Counted from the stretch's first letter, positions 28,898 through 39,019 are shown. The stretch: DNA of 64,000 nt from an uncultured bacterium (GCA_963720265.1 CAVRET010000002.1:392704-456703), one strand, 5' to 3'. The notes: generated from the sequence alone by a model not told the origin. Program-made: numbers and translations.

Positions 28898-30318
28898 TGC
28901 CGGCCTGGCTGTCACGTTACCGGCCGCGCTACGTTCGTTCGCTCGTCTATATGCTGCAGGCCACAGAATATAACACCAACGATTACCTTGGCTGGTACCG
29001 TCGCACCAGCGATTTTGGTCATGTCGAAATTCGTCATCGACTCAAAAAAACTCCCAAAGCTCTCGCCCTGCTCGCCGCCTGCTGGCTGATCGTGGCAGTT
29101 CTCATTGGCCTGATGACCGCATTCGCGTTGCGCACTACGCCACCGTTACGATTCATTGTGCCGATCGTTGGATTGCTACTTGTGCCATACCTTACCGCTT
29201 ATCTCGTGCTCTTGCCGCTCTTCATTGTGCGGCTAGCCGAGATCCCAGTCGTCCATGCCCGCATGCGTCGGGCTCGTCGCACACTCGCCGCTCATCCGGG
29301 GGTCAAGATTGCTGTTGCCGGCAGCTACGGCAAGACCACCATGCGCGAAATCCTGCGCGCGGTCCTCGCCGAGGGCAAAGCAGTAGCCGCCCCGCCCCAC
29401 AGCTTCAACACGCCGCTCGGCATCAGCGGGTTCGTGCGCGGACTGACTGGCCGCGAGCAAGTACTCATCTTCGAACTCGGTGAGTATTATCCCGGCGATA
29501 TCAGGCGTTTGTGCGAACTGGTTGACCCGGACATGGGCGTTATTACCGGCATCAATGAAGCTCACCTCAGCCGGTTTAAGAAGCTTGAGCGCACGACCGC
29601 CACTATCTTTGAGCTGGCCGACTGGCTGGGTAACAAACCACTCTACGTCAACGGTGAAAGCGAACTCGCCCGCCACCGTGTGCAACAGCATCTGGAATAC
29701 ACCCGTGCTGGCGTGGCTGGTTGGCACGTTAGCCGCGCCGAAACGAGCTTGGGTGGCACAACATTTGCGCTCACCAAAGGTTCCACGAAGATGCATATCA
29801 AGTCCCATTTGCTCGGGCTCCACCAAATTGGGCCACTGGCCGCCGCCGCCGCTATTGCCGCCGAGCTTGGATGCACGGCCGACCAGATCGAGCGCGGACT
29901 CGGTAGTGTTCAGCCGTTCGAACACCGCCTGCAGCCCTCCACCGATGCTGCCGGTATCACCATCATCGATGACAGCTACAACGGTAATCCCGACGGCGTT
30001 CGCGCCTGCATCGACTTCTTAGCAACACTGAAAGGCCGCCGCTTCTACGTCACGCCTGGCCTGGTTGAAATGGGTCCGAGCAGCCGAGCGGTCCACGAGG
30101 CTATTGGCCACCAGCTCGCTGCCGAAGGCATTGAGCAGGTCGTGCTCGTGCGCAACTCGGTCACGCCACACATTGCCGAGGGACTGGGGGCCGCGCATTA
30201 CAAAGGCCACATCACCTGGTACGATACCGGCCCGGCTGCGCTCGCCGCCCTGCCGCAGCTCACCGTGCGCGGCGATATTGTTTTACTGCAAAACGACTGG
30301 CCCGATCAGTACGCATGA
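28897..30318 (+). CDS. murF: Mur ligase, MurF-type (UDP-MurNAc-tripeptide--D-Ala-D-Ala ligase), with an N-terminal ~120-aa transmembrane extension
   Basis: P-loop VAGSYGKTT and the MurF signature DDSYNGNP; two hydrophobic helices precede the ligase core. Confidence 0.75.
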   Translation: MPAWLSRYRPRYVRSLVYMLQATEYNTNDYLGWYRRTSDFGHVEIRHRLKKTPKALALLAACWLIVAVLIGLMTAFALRTTPPLRFIVPIVGLLLVPYLTAYLVLLPLFIVRLAEIPVVHARMRRARRTLAAHPGVKIAVAGSYGKTTMREILRAVLAEGKAVAAPPHSFNTPLGISGFVRGLTGREQVLIFELGEYYPGDIRRLCELVDPDMGVITGINEAHLSRFKKLERTTATIFELADWLGNKPLYVNGESELARHRVQQHLEYTRAGVAGWHVSRAETSLGGTTFALTKGSTKMHIKSHLLGLHQIGPLAAAAAIAAELGCTADQIERGLGSVQPFEHRLQPSTDAAGITIIDDSYNGNPDGVRACIDFLATLKGRRFYVTPGLVEMGPSSRAVHEAIGHQLAAEGIEQVVLVRNSVTPHIAEGLGAAHYKGHITWYDTGPAALAALPQLTVRGDIVLLQNDWPDQYA

Positions 30319-30331
30319 TACAATCTGACCT

Positions 30332-31495
30332 ATGAAGAAAACCGTTGCCGTTATCTTCGGCGGTCACAGCGCCGAGCACGATGTTTCTATCATCACCGGC
30401 CACATTCCTGTCATCCAAGCGCTCGAGGCCGCCGGCGACTACGAAATCGTACCCATCTATATCACGACCGACGGCGCCTGGTACTCCGAGCCTGCCATGG
30501 CGAAGCTCGAATATTTTCAGCGCGCAGATTATCTCGAAAACCTAAAAAAACAAAAGCAGCTCCAGTTCTCGTTCGAAAGCGGGCTCAAATTCATCTGGCC
30601 GGGCGGTTTGCGTCCGCGCACCGTCGCGGTTAACATCGTCTTCCCGGCGCTGCACGGCACCTATGGCGAAGACGGCACCCTCATGGGCTTCTTACGCCTG
30701 GCCAACATCCCGTTCGTCGGCTGCGACCTCGAAGCTTCGAACATCGCCATGGACAAAGTGCTGACCAAACTCGCCACCGAGCCGCTCGGCATCCACAGCA
30801 CACCCTACGTTTGGTTTACGGCTGTGGATTGGGCCGAACGCGCCGCCGATTACCGCGCGCAAATCGCGCAAAAGCTCGAGTACCCCTTGTTCGTCAAGCC
30901 GGTCCATCTCGGCTCCACCATCGCCATCACCCGCGTCACCAAACCCGCCGAACTCGACAACGCCATTGAGGTCGCACTCCATTACGATGACAAAGTCATC
31001 GTGGAGCAGGGCGTGCAAAATCTCGTCGAAGTCACCCTTCCCATCATCGGCAACGACGAGCTCGAGCTTGCTCACATCGAGCAGCCACTCGCAACCTTCT
31101 TCGACTTTGAAGAAAAATATCTTAAAAACGGCAAAAAGGGAAGCAGCGGCGTCAACACCCAGTACAGTAACATTCCCGCGCATATCTCCGACGAGCTCGC
31201 CGAACGCGTGCGCGAGCTTGGAGCTGCTACCTACCGAGCCATCGGCGCCAGCGGCACCGCCCGTATCGATTTCCTCATTAATGGTAAAACGAATGAAGTC
31301 TTCATGAACGAGGTCAACACCCTGCCGGGCAGCCTCTATGTACACAACTGGAAGCAAAAAGGCGTTTCGGCGGTTGAGCTCGTCACCAAACTCATCGCCC
31401 TGGCCGAAGAGCGCCACCAAGCCGTTCAGCAAAAGAGCTTTATCTTTAAGTCCGATATCCTAAATAAGCTTAGCGGCTCGAAATTTCAAGAATAG
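30332..31495 (+). CDS. ddl: D-alanine--D-alanine ligase
   Basis: MKKTVAVIFGGHSAEHDVSIITG, an ATP-grasp enzyme. Confidence 0.9.
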   Translation: MKKTVAVIFGGHSAEHDVSIITGHIPVIQALEAAGDYEIVPIYITTDGAWYSEPAMAKLEYFQRADYLENLKKQKQLQFSFESGLKFIWPGGLRPRTVAVNIVFPALHGTYGEDGTLMGFLRLANIPFVGCDLEASNIAMDKVLTKLATEPLGIHSTPYVWFTAVDWAERAADYRAQIAQKLEYPLFVKPVHLGSTIAITRVTKPAELDNAIEVALHYDDKVIVEQGVQNLVEVTLPIIGNDELELAHIEQPLATFFDFEEKYLKNGKKGSSGVNTQYSNIPAHISDELAERVRELGAATYRAIGASGTARIDFLINGKTNEVFMNEVNTLPGSLYVHNWKQKGVSAVELVTKLIALAEERHQAVQQKSFIFKSDILNKLSGSKFQE

Positions 31496-31509
31496 TAGAC
31501 AACAGATTA

Positions 31510-31544
31510 TTGACATAGTACCAAATTTCTGCTAATGTTATATT
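31510..31544 (+). promoter_or_regulatory. Sigma70-like promoter (TTGACA -17- TAATGT/TATATT) in an AT-rich spacer; a second attattgaca box lies at ~31610
   Basis: Consensus -35 hexamer read directly from the sequence. Confidence 0.4.
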
Positions 31545-31707
31545 AGTGCCGTCGCATTTTCACTATTGTGTCAACACATCATTGGTAACACATAGTTCTC
31601 GACTCACTCATTATTGACATCACCTATTTTTCTCAAACCTCATCGCCTGCGGCGGCGCGAGGTTGTCCTCTCCCGTAAGGTGGAGGGGCGGAAAAAGGGA
31701 GAAAGTC

Positions 31708-32127
31708 ATGAGTCACAAGCCCGACACCACGGACACCCAGACGACCGCCTCGCTCATTACCAGGAGCCGGCACATCATCGAGGAGCGGAGCTGGAATTAC
31801 CCGGCCGAGCTCTTCAACTGGCTGTCCGAGGACGACCCCGAGGCCCTGCTGGCGAAGTACGCTGCCAACCTGCAGGACCTCACCGCGGGCCGTCCGCGTC
31901 GCACCGAAGTCAACCTGACCGTTCAGGATCCGGATCACGGCAACGTGGGCCTGCACTTCGCGGTGGACACCTTCCGCATCGTGCACTACGTCAGCCCCGT
32001 GCACTGGGTCTTCGCCGGCCGGGCCACCGGAGACAGCGACAACCGGGTGGAGCTCCACTTCGTGAACGGCAAGGCCAGCCTGGCGGTGCTGATCGCCCAG
32101 GACGGCCTGCCCGAAACGACGGAGTAA
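31708..32127 (+). CDS. Hypothetical protein encoded by a locally very GC-rich gene
   Basis: Strong SD (AAAGGGAGAAAGTC ATG); ~68% GC compared with ~60% in the surrounding sequence. Confidence 0.45.
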   Translation: MSHKPDTTDTQTTASLITRSRHIIEERSWNYPAELFNWLSEDDPEALLAKYAANLQDLTAGRPRRTEVNLTVQDPDHGNVGLHFAVDTFRIVHYVSPVHWVFAGRATGDSDNRVELHFVNGKASLAVLIAQDGLPETTE

Positions 32128-32182
32128 CACCAAATCGGGCGGCACAACCCCGTGGAGTTCCCGGCGCCGGCTCTCGGCACCG

Positions 32183-32206
32183 GGGACCCCGCGGGTTCCT
32201 TTTTTG
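32183..32206 (+). terminator. Rho-independent terminator (gggaccccgcgggttcc + TTTTTTG), immediately followed by a TATAAT -10 for lepA
   Basis: Stem plus U-tract. Confidence 0.6.
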
Positions 32207-32221
32207 TTATAATGTGCTCCC

Positions 32222-34006
32222 GTGAACCAAACTCATATTAGAAATTTTTGTATCATCGCCCACATCGACCATGGCAAGTCCACGCTGGCCGATCGCATGC
32301 TCGAGCTCACCGGCACGGTTGAGCGCCGCAACATGCATGCACAACTGCTCGACACCATGGAGCTCGAGCAAGAAAAGGGGATTACCATCAAGCTCCAGCC
32401 GGTGCGCATGAGCTGGCATGATTACACGCTCAACTTAATTGATACTCCCGGCCACGTTGATTTTAGCTACGAAGTCTCCCGCAGCCTGGCCGCCTGCGAA
32501 GGCGCCGTACTCGTGGTAGACGCCAGCCAAGGCATTCAGGCCCAAACCTTAGCCAATGTCTACCTTGCCATTGAGGCCGGCCTTACCATCATTCCGGTGC
32601 TCAATAAAATCGACCTGCCGGCCGCCGATCCCGAGCGAGTAGCAAATGAGATTGCCAACCTGCTCGATTGCGCGCCCGAAGGCATCTTGCGCGTGTCGGC
32701 CAAAACCGGTGACGGCGTGGCCGAGTTGCTCGACCGCATCGTGGCCGTTGTTCCGCCGCCGGCCGGTAATGCCGAAGCGCCGCTGCGTGGCCTTATTTTC
32801 GACTCTGTTTACGACATCCACCGCGGTGTCATTCTCTACTTGCGCATTGTCGACGGCCGGCTTGCCAAAGGCGACGGGTTAGCCCTCATGGCCACACAAT
32901 CCCGCGGCCTGGCCGTCGAAACCGGTATCTTTACCCCAGCCCAAACCCCAGCCCCAGAGCTTACCGTCGGTTCCATCGGCTATGTTGTCACCAACCTCAA
33001 ATCCATTACCGAAGCCCGCGTCGGCGACACTGTAACGCTGGTCGCAGGTCCCGCCACTGAGCCACTGCCCGGCTACCGCACGGTTAAACCCTTCGTGTTC
33101 GCCGGTTTCTTCCCCGCCTCAGCCGAGCAATACCCAGCACTCAAAGATGCGCTCGAAAAGCTCCGCCTCAACGACGCCGCCCTCCAGTACGAGCCCGAAT
33201 CCAGCCAAGTACTCGGCTTCGGCTACCGAGTCGGCTTCTTGGGCCTGCTCCACCTTGATATCATCAAAGAACGGCTCGAGCGCGAATACGGCCTCGAGCT
33301 TGTGGTCACAAGTCCGTCCACAGATTACATCATCGAGACCACGAGCGGCGAAACCCGCACTATCCGTGCCGCCTCAGAGCTGCCCGACGTCTCAAGCCTT
33401 GCCGCTATCCGCGAGCCCTGGATTCACGGCGAGATCGTCGTGCCGGGAACCTACATCGGCGCCTGCATCCAGCTCATCAACCGCGTGCGCGGCCACCAAT
33501 CCAACCTCAGCTATCTCGACGAATCACTTGCCCTCATCACCTTCGAAGCGCCGCTGTCCGGCGTGTTAACGGATTTCTATGACCAGCTCAAATCCCTCAC
33601 CGCCGGCTACGGCAGCTTCAATTACGACCTCGGCGACTACCGTCCCGAGGCGCTGGTGCGGCTCGATATCCTCATTGCCGGTGAGCTCATCGACTCGCTC
33701 TCATCAATAGTTCATCGCGACGAAGCCGCCCGCCTCGGGCAGGCGACCGTTAATAAACTCAAAGAACTCATCCCGCGCCAAAACTTTGAGGTTGCGCTAC
33801 AGGCCGCTATCGGCAGCAAAATTATCGCCCGCGCCGACGTCAAAGCCGTGCGCAAAGACGTCACCGCTAAACTCTACGGCGGCGACGTTACCCGCAAAAA
33901 CAAGCTCCTCGACAAGCAAAAGAAAGGCAAAGCCCGCATGAAGCGCATCGGTAAGGTAGATCTCCCACCCGAAGCCTTCATGGTGCTCGTTCGCAAAGAC
34001 AGCTAA
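32222..34006 (+). CDS. lepA: Elongation factor 4 (LepA)
   Basis: IRNFCIIAHIDHGKSTLADR G1 motif; full-length EF4 architecture. Confidence 0.95.
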   Translation: MNQTHIRNFCIIAHIDHGKSTLADRMLELTGTVERRNMHAQLLDTMELEQEKGITIKLQPVRMSWHDYTLNLIDTPGHVDFSYEVSRSLAACEGAVLVVDASQGIQAQTLANVYLAIEAGLTIIPVLNKIDLPAADPERVANEIANLLDCAPEGILRVSAKTGDGVAELLDRIVAVVPPPAGNAEAPLRGLIFDSVYDIHRGVILYLRIVDGRLAKGDGLALMATQSRGLAVETGIFTPAQTPAPELTVGSIGYVVTNLKSITEARVGDTVTLVAGPATEPLPGYRTVKPFVFAGFFPASAEQYPALKDALEKLRLNDAALQYEPESSQVLGFGYRVGFLGLLHLDIIKERLEREYGLELVVTSPSTDYIIETTSGETRTIRAASELPDVSSLAAIREPWIHGEIVVPGTYIGACIQLINRVRGHQSNLSYLDESLALITFEAPLSGVLTDFYDQLKSLTAGYGSFNYDLGDYRPEALVRLDILIAGELIDSLSSIVHRDEAARLGQATVNKLKELIPRQNFEVALQAAIGSKIIARADVKAVRKDVTAKLYGGDVTRKNKLLDKQKKGKARMKRIGKVDLPPEAFMVLVRKDS

Positions 34007-34064
34007 ACACCAAACCGCCGGCTGCCGCCCCCAGTACTCAGGGACCGCAGCCGGCGGGTAAGCC

Positions 34065-34730
34065 TCATATGAAGGCAGTCAGCCGCTGAAGTATCGGCAC
34101 TGCCTCCCGGCCCTCACGTCCGTCGGTACCGGCGATATTCACGACCATGCGGAGTGTGGTGATCAGTTGTCCGCGCAGGCAGCGCGCCTCAATGAGCCGG
34201 AGTAGCACTTGCTGCTCTTCGGTGACCTCGAGGTCGGAACTTCCATTCAGCAGGTCCCGCACCGTGCGGAGTGCCCGTTCGTAATACCCGTACGCATTGG
34301 GCGAACCGGCCTGGCCAAGCTCGAGGTTGGCGAATACCCCGACCATGACCTGCGCCCACCGCGAACCGACAAAAGCCTGCCGAATCGCCTCCTCGTCCAT
34401 TCGAGTGATCGGATCCGGCTCGGCCGTGCATTCCAGTAGAGCGAGCGCGCGCGCCAGTCCGACCGAACCATCCGGCATGTCTGCGGAGGCGTCGTTCCCC
34501 CAGATTCGTGCCATTCCCATGCAGCACTCGGTCAGGTGGAGTTTGAGAGTCCCACGCTCTTCGGGTTCCAGCTCGCCCTCGCCCTCGAGAATCTTCTCAA
34601 AGCACTCGATCGCGCGCTCGAGCAGGCCTAGATCGCCTAGCTCGAGGCCATCGGTCATTAGGCCGCGGGCCGCCCGGTAGAGGGCGTCATGCACCGGGTC
34701 TAGGAGTGCCAATTCGATTGTCATGTTCAC
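34065..34730 (-). CDS. Hypothetical protein (helical, GC-rich gene)
   Basis: 221-aa ORF. Confidence 0.4.
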   Translation of the reverse strand: MNMTIELALLDPVHDALYRAARGLMTDGLELGDLGLLERAIECFEKILEGEGELEPEERGTLKLHLTECCMGMARIWGNDASADMPDGSVGLARALALLECTAEPDPITRMDEEAIRQAFVGSRWAQVMVGVFANLELGQAGSPNAYGYYERALRTVRDLLNGSSDLEVTEEQQVLLRLIEARCLRGQLITTLRMVVNIAGTDGREGREAVPILQRLTAFI

Positions 34731-34790
34731 CTCTCGACCAACGTTTGGTTGTGAGCCCCCAAATCATATCACGGCAACATATCCCGGCAC

Positions 34791-35792
34791 GTGTACAATA
34801 CCGTTATGACCCATAAGCAAGCCGAATCCATACTGAGTCGCATCCTGTCGCGCACGATAGAGGTGAGTCGTCTCGACCAACTTCGCCATCCCGGCACTGG
34901 TACCGTATGCCGCATTGCTGTAGCGAACGGAACCATCTATTTGCTCAAAAGCTACCCCTTAGACCTTAGGCCCTCGCCGGATTCCCGCCCGTTCTGGGAC
35001 ACCGAAAGCCGCAACCTCAAGTGCATCGATCCTGCTATCACAATCAACAAGCCGCGCTATTTTGGTAGCTATCAAAATTATTTTCTCGAGGAGTTTATTG
35101 CCGGTGATTTATTCGAGGACCTACTCAATAGTCAAAAGCTCACTACTGAGGAGAACCGGGTGTTGTTCCGGGCGGCCATCGACGAGCTCGTTAACATTCA
35201 CTCCGCCGCTTCACTCATTCGCGACCGACGCCTGTTGCGGCGCCCGTTCGAGCCAGCGAAACTTCTGCGAACGCTAGATGATGCCCGCCAACAGATTGAG
35301 CAAGACGGCTTCCCGGCTTACGCGGGCCGTGGGCTCGAGCACAATCCGCATTGGATCAAAGCCCTCGGTCAGTTGCCCGTCAAGCAAGTAGAAGCCGACC
35401 TCAATACATCGCACTCGTACATTATTGGCCACGGCGACTTTAAGCCCAACAATCTCATCGTTACGCCCGCTCGTCGGGTTGCAGTTGTTGATTGGCTAGG
35501 TCTAGGCAAAGCGCAGCCGTGGTTTGACCTGTCCTATCTGCTCAACTCCGCTCCTCCAGCCGAGCGGCCGGTGCATGTTGCATATTATCTTGAACAGATG
35601 GAAAACCGAGGCCTCCTGTCCGGCATTACCGTCTCGGGAGCTCAACGACTGCTAAAAAGCGGCAGTATCTACCAGGAACTGGTTCGTGCCCGCTCAAACT
35701 CGCGCTATATCGGTACACGAGCTGACCCTCACCACGTCAATGAGTTTACTGCCGCGCTCGATGGACTTACGCGCCTTGTGCTGGACGAATAA
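34791..35792 (+). CDS. Phosphotransferase (APH/choline-kinase-like protein-kinase fold)
   Basis: HGDFKPNNLIV catalytic loop and VDWLGLG. Confidence 0.65.
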   Translation: MYNTVMTHKQAESILSRILSRTIEVSRLDQLRHPGTGTVCRIAVANGTIYLLKSYPLDLRPSPDSRPFWDTESRNLKCIDPAITINKPRYFGSYQNYFLEEFIAGDLFEDLLNSQKLTTEENRVLFRAAIDELVNIHSAASLIRDRRLLRRPFEPAKLLRTLDDARQQIEQDGFPAYAGRGLEHNPHWIKALGQLPVKQVEADLNTSHSYIIGHGDFKPNNLIVTPARRVAVVDWLGLGKAQPWFDLSYLLNSAPPAERPVHVAYYLEQMENRGLLSGITVSGAQRLLKSGSIYQELVRARSNSRYIGTRADPHHVNEFTAALDGLTRLVLDE

Positions 35793-36237
35793 GCGCCGCC
35801 ACATCCGCCAAAATCTGTTCGCCGTGCCCCTCCGGCGTCACGTCCGGATAAACCTTAGCGATCTGGCCATCCGGATTCACCAGCACTGTCGTCCGCACAA
35901 TTCCATCAAATTCCCGGCCCGCAAACTTCTTCGGTCCCCATGCGCCATAGGCTTTTATTACCTCGGCCGATACATCGGCCAGCAGTGAGAAATTCAAATG
36001 ATACTTCTCCGCGAATTTGGCATGGCTCCTCACCGAATCTTTCGAAATGCCCACGACGCCCACACCCGCTTTCTCCAGTTCGCTGTACACATCACGGAAA
36101 CTGCACGCCTCTTTGGTGCAACCCGGTGTGTCGTCCTTGGGATAGAAATATATCACCAGCCACTGGCCGGCATAATCGGCCAGCGTCCGGATTGTTCCAG
36201 TCTGGTCTGGCAAGGCAAATGTTGGTGCTGGCTGCAT
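35767..36237 (-). CDS. bcp: Peroxiredoxin Bcp (thiol peroxidase)
   Basis: DDTPGCTKEACSFRD; the start was set at MQPAPTF. Confidence 0.85.
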   Translation of the reverse strand: MQPAPTFALPDQTGTIRTLADYAGQWLVIYFYPKDDTPGCTKEACSFRDVYSELEKAGVGVVGISKDSVRSHAKFAEKYHLNFSLLADVSAEVIKAYGAWGPKKFAGREFDGIVRTTVLVNPDGQIAKVYPDVTPEGHGEQILADVAALIRPAQGA

Positions 36238-36341
36238 GGTAAATTCTCCAATTTCTATCTCATTATAGCCCTGCCGGCCTGCAGACAAAGTTAGGCGTAA
36301 GTGCTATAAATGAAGTCAGTTTCTAACGCCAAGGACGCTCA

Positions 36342-36812
36342 ATGCCTGATAACCCACCTGACCAACCGGCAAACGACGCCAACCAGCCGGCCGAGTCAGA
36401 CTCTGCCCCTCAACCGGCGCCTGCCAGGCCGTCTATTCCGCCTCCGCCCGCCGTTCCGCCGCCGTCAGCAATCGTGCAACCGTTTGAATCAGCCGGCGGG
36501 CCGCCCCCCGCACAGTCCGAAACCAAGCCTTCAGCCAAGCCTCGCAAGGGCCTCATACTTGTATTAATTCTCGTGCTATTGTTGCTAGCCGCAGCCGGAT
36601 TCTATGTTTGGCACGCCGGAGTCAAAATCGGACTAAACAACACCGCGAAATCAACCTCCACACCAAAGCCTTCGGCCAGCGCCACTCCGGTGAGTTCCGT
36701 CGGCCTCAATCAGTCGCTACAGCAAGTTAATACCAGTCTGACCGATTTAAACACCAGCCTCTCGTCCGCCGACACGAGCTTAAATGACAAATCCGGAGAC
36801 TTAAGCGAATGA
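36342..36812 (+). CDS. Proline-rich membrane-anchored protein
   Basis: Pro-rich N-terminus, one TM (LILVLILVLLLLAAAGFYVW), Ser/Thr-rich tail. Confidence 0.45.
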   Translation: MPDNPPDQPANDANQPAESDSAPQPAPARPSIPPPPAVPPPSAIVQPFESAGGPPPAQSETKPSAKPRKGLILVLILVLLLLAAAGFYVWHAGVKIGLNNTAKSTSTPKPSASATPVSSVGLNQSLQQVNTSLTDLNTSLSSADTSLNDKSGDLSE

Positions 36813-37660
36813 TTTCCTTTCTCCGCTCTCGCCGACTGCCCGAACTGGCCTTGATATCGGTACTCATCGCCGCCTCTCCGCTCGCGAGCACGGCCGCGAC
36901 CGGCGGCCCGGTTCAGGCCAAATCCACACCCACACCTTCGCCTGCCTCCACCGTGGCGCCGGACGCCACGCCCAATCCGCCCGCCATCACAAGCCTATCA
37001 GCCACAGCCCAGGCCCAGCGTCTGTCCACGCTCAAAGCCCGCGGCGATGCCGAAATTACCCGCCGCCTCACTAACCTAAACAGCGCCCTCTCCGCCGTGC
37101 AATTTACGACCACCCTGACCTCAAGCGATAAATCAGCGCTGGTCAGCCAGATCCAGACCGAAATCTCCGGCCTGTCCGCGCTCAAGACCAAGCTTGACGC
37201 CGACACCACATTGGCCGAGGCCCGCACCGACGTTCAAAGCATTGTGACCGATTACCGCGTGTATGCGCTTATGCTCCCCAAGGCCCGGCTTGCAGCTGCC
37301 TTCGACCGCTTGGCAACAGTAAACGCCAAGCTTACAACGCTCGAGACCCAGCTCCAAACGGCCATTGGCAGCGCCAGATCGGCCGGCCGTGACGTTACCG
37401 GCATGCAAGCCAGTCTCTCCGATATGCAAGCCAAAATCACAGCCATCACCGCGCTCTCAAGCGACCAGGTAGCCGAGCTCATCGCCCTGCAGCCAAGCGA
37501 TTACAATACTGACCACACGGTACTCGTTGGTTATCGCACGACGCTTGCCACCGGCCAGACCGACGCCAAGGCCGCGGTGGCCGACGCCACCAGTATTATT
37601 CAGTCCCTGAGCGCAAATACCTCGCCGTCGCCTTCACCATCCGCGTCGCCGGCCAGCTAA
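36809..37660 (+). CDS. Secreted Ala/Thr-rich coiled-coil protein
   Basis: Signal/TM N-terminus, an S/T/P-rich linker, then heptad-like helical repeats. Confidence 0.45.
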   Translation: MISFLRSRRLPELALISVLIAASPLASTAATGGPVQAKSTPTPSPASTVAPDATPNPPAITSLSATAQAQRLSTLKARGDAEITRRLTNLNSALSAVQFTTTLTSSDKSALVSQIQTEISGLSALKTKLDADTTLAEARTDVQSIVTDYRVYALMLPKARLAAAFDRLATVNAKLTTLETQLQTAIGSARSAGRDVTGMQASLSDMQAKITAITALSSDQVAELIALQPSDYNTDHTVLVGYRTTLATGQTDAKAAVADATSIIQSLSANTSPSPSPSASPAS

Positions 37661-37661
37661 A

Positions 37662-37688
37662 CTAGCACTCTTGACGCCTGAGTGCTAG
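37662..37688. promoter_or_regulatory. CIRCE operator (cTAGCACTC-N9-GAGTGCTAg) upstream of hrcA
   Basis: Matches the TTAGCACTC-N9-GAGTGCTAA consensus at 16 of 18 positions. Confidence 0.8.
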
Positions 37689-37733
37689 TATTGCTACGCT
37701 AAAACCATCCAGTTAACGCCCGGGAGTTTTCCT

Positions 37734-38429
37734 ATGACACCGCGCCAAGAGCGCATTCTGCACGCTATAGTTGAGACCTACGCCCACACTGCCGAACCAG
37801 TTGGCTCCGCCTCGCTTTGCGAGCAATTTGGCGCCAGTAGTGCTACCATTCGCGCCGAAATGGCGGCCCTCGAAGCCCTCGGTCTCATCACGCAGCCACA
37901 CATTTCCGCCGGACGCGTGCCCACCGACCGCGGCTACCGTCACTATGTTAATGCCCTTGGGCCCACGCCGGCGCCCGACCGCCGCCACGAGCAGGCTCTG
38001 GCCCGCCGAGTCAACAACGCCGGTGAAGTTGAGCGCGCCATTAAGAACGCGGTTGAATCACTGGCACATGTCACCCATAATCTCGGCCTGGCCACTATTG
38101 CCGGCAATCTGTACCTCTCGGGCATCGCTTCGCTGTTTCAACATCCGGAATTCTCGGCCGGCCCGGCTGCCTACGAGGTCGCCCGCCTACTCGATAGTCT
38201 TGAAGAATGGCTGGCCGAAGCCGCGCCGGGCGCCTCAGTGAGCTGCTACATCGGCCGCGAAAACCCCATTGGCCGCACTTCCGGCGCCACGCTCATTATT
38301 AGCAGGTTCAATTCGCCGTATTCCGATCGCAGCTATATCGGCGTGCTCGGCCCCACCAGGCAGCAATATGGCCCGGTCATCGGCCTAGTTGAATACACAG
38401 GTCGTTTGCTCGAAGAAGCGCTAAACTAG
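37734..38429 (+). CDS. hrcA: Heat-inducible transcription repressor HrcA (short, 231 aa)
   Basis: ILHAIVETYAHTAEPVGSASL....SSATIRAEMAALEALGLITQPHISAGRVPTDRGYRHYV. Confidence 0.8.
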   Translation: MTPRQERILHAIVETYAHTAEPVGSASLCEQFGASSATIRAEMAALEALGLITQPHISAGRVPTDRGYRHYVNALGPTPAPDRRHEQALARRVNNAGEVERAIKNAVESLAHVTHNLGLATIAGNLYLSGIASLFQHPEFSAGPAAYEVARLLDSLEEWLAEAAPGASVSCYIGRENPIGRTSGATLIISRFNSPYSDRSYIGVLGPTRQQYGPVIGLVEYTGRLLEEALN

Positions 38430-38437
38430 GAGGCATC

Positions 38438-39019
38438 ATGCCAAAGAAAATCGATCCCATTCCCCCGGAGTCTGGCCTCTCCGAGCCCGAAATTGAGCCC
38501 GATACAGCAGCTGACGACGCTCAACCAGCCGATGATCAGCCTGCTATCGTAACGCACCAACCGCGCAGCGCCGACCCGACCCCCGAAGATCGCGTTGCCG
38601 AGCTCACCACCGACCTCCAGCGCCTCCAGGCCGAGTTTCAAAATTTTCGGCGCCGCGCTGACGCTGACCGCGCCGACCTCATGTCGCTGGCTACTGCCCG
38701 CATTGCGCGCGAATTTCTAGCCGTCCGCGATAGCTTTGATGCCGAGGCCCAGCACCGCCCGCCCGGCGCCGATCTCGAATGGGCGAAATCCATTGACGCC
38801 ATCCGCACCCAGTTCGATCAGGTCCTAACCACCTTAGGCGTCACCCGCTTTGCCTCACTCGGCCAGCCTTTTGACCCCCGCCGCCACGAAGCCGTGGCCT
38901 CCGAGGGCGACGGCAATACTGTAATCGAAGAGCTCCAGCCCGGTTACGAGCTTGGCGGCCGGATTTTACGCCCCGCCATGGTCAAAGTCGGACCGGCACC
39001 GGCAAATGACGCAAACTAA
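38438..39019 (+). CDS. grpE: Nucleotide exchange factor GrpE
   Basis: LQRLQAEFQNFRRRADADRADL....; the C-terminal beta domain. Confidence 0.85.
   Translation: MPKKIDPIPPESGLSEPEIEPDTAADDAQPADDQPAIVTHQPRSADPTPEDRVAELTTDLQRLQAEFQNFRRRADADRADLMSLATARIAREFLAVRDSFDAEAQHRPPGADLEWAKSIDAIRTQFDQVLTTLGVTRFASLGQPFDPRRHEAVASEGDGNTVIEELQPGYELGGRILRPAMVKVGPAPANDAN

Noticed and set aside
28897-30318. Considered calling the membrane-anchored Mur ligase a PgsB/CapB poly-gamma-glutamate synthase
   Set aside because: It retains the MurF-specific DDSYNxNP signature and sits in a murJ-ddl neighbourhood, so MurF-type is favoured, although the N-terminus is atypical.
31614-32225. 203-aa Arg/Gly/Pro-rich ORF overlapping the 31708-32127 gene
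   Set aside because: It is the same region in another frame; the 31708 ORF has a proper RBS and a protein-like composition, so this frame is judged spurious.
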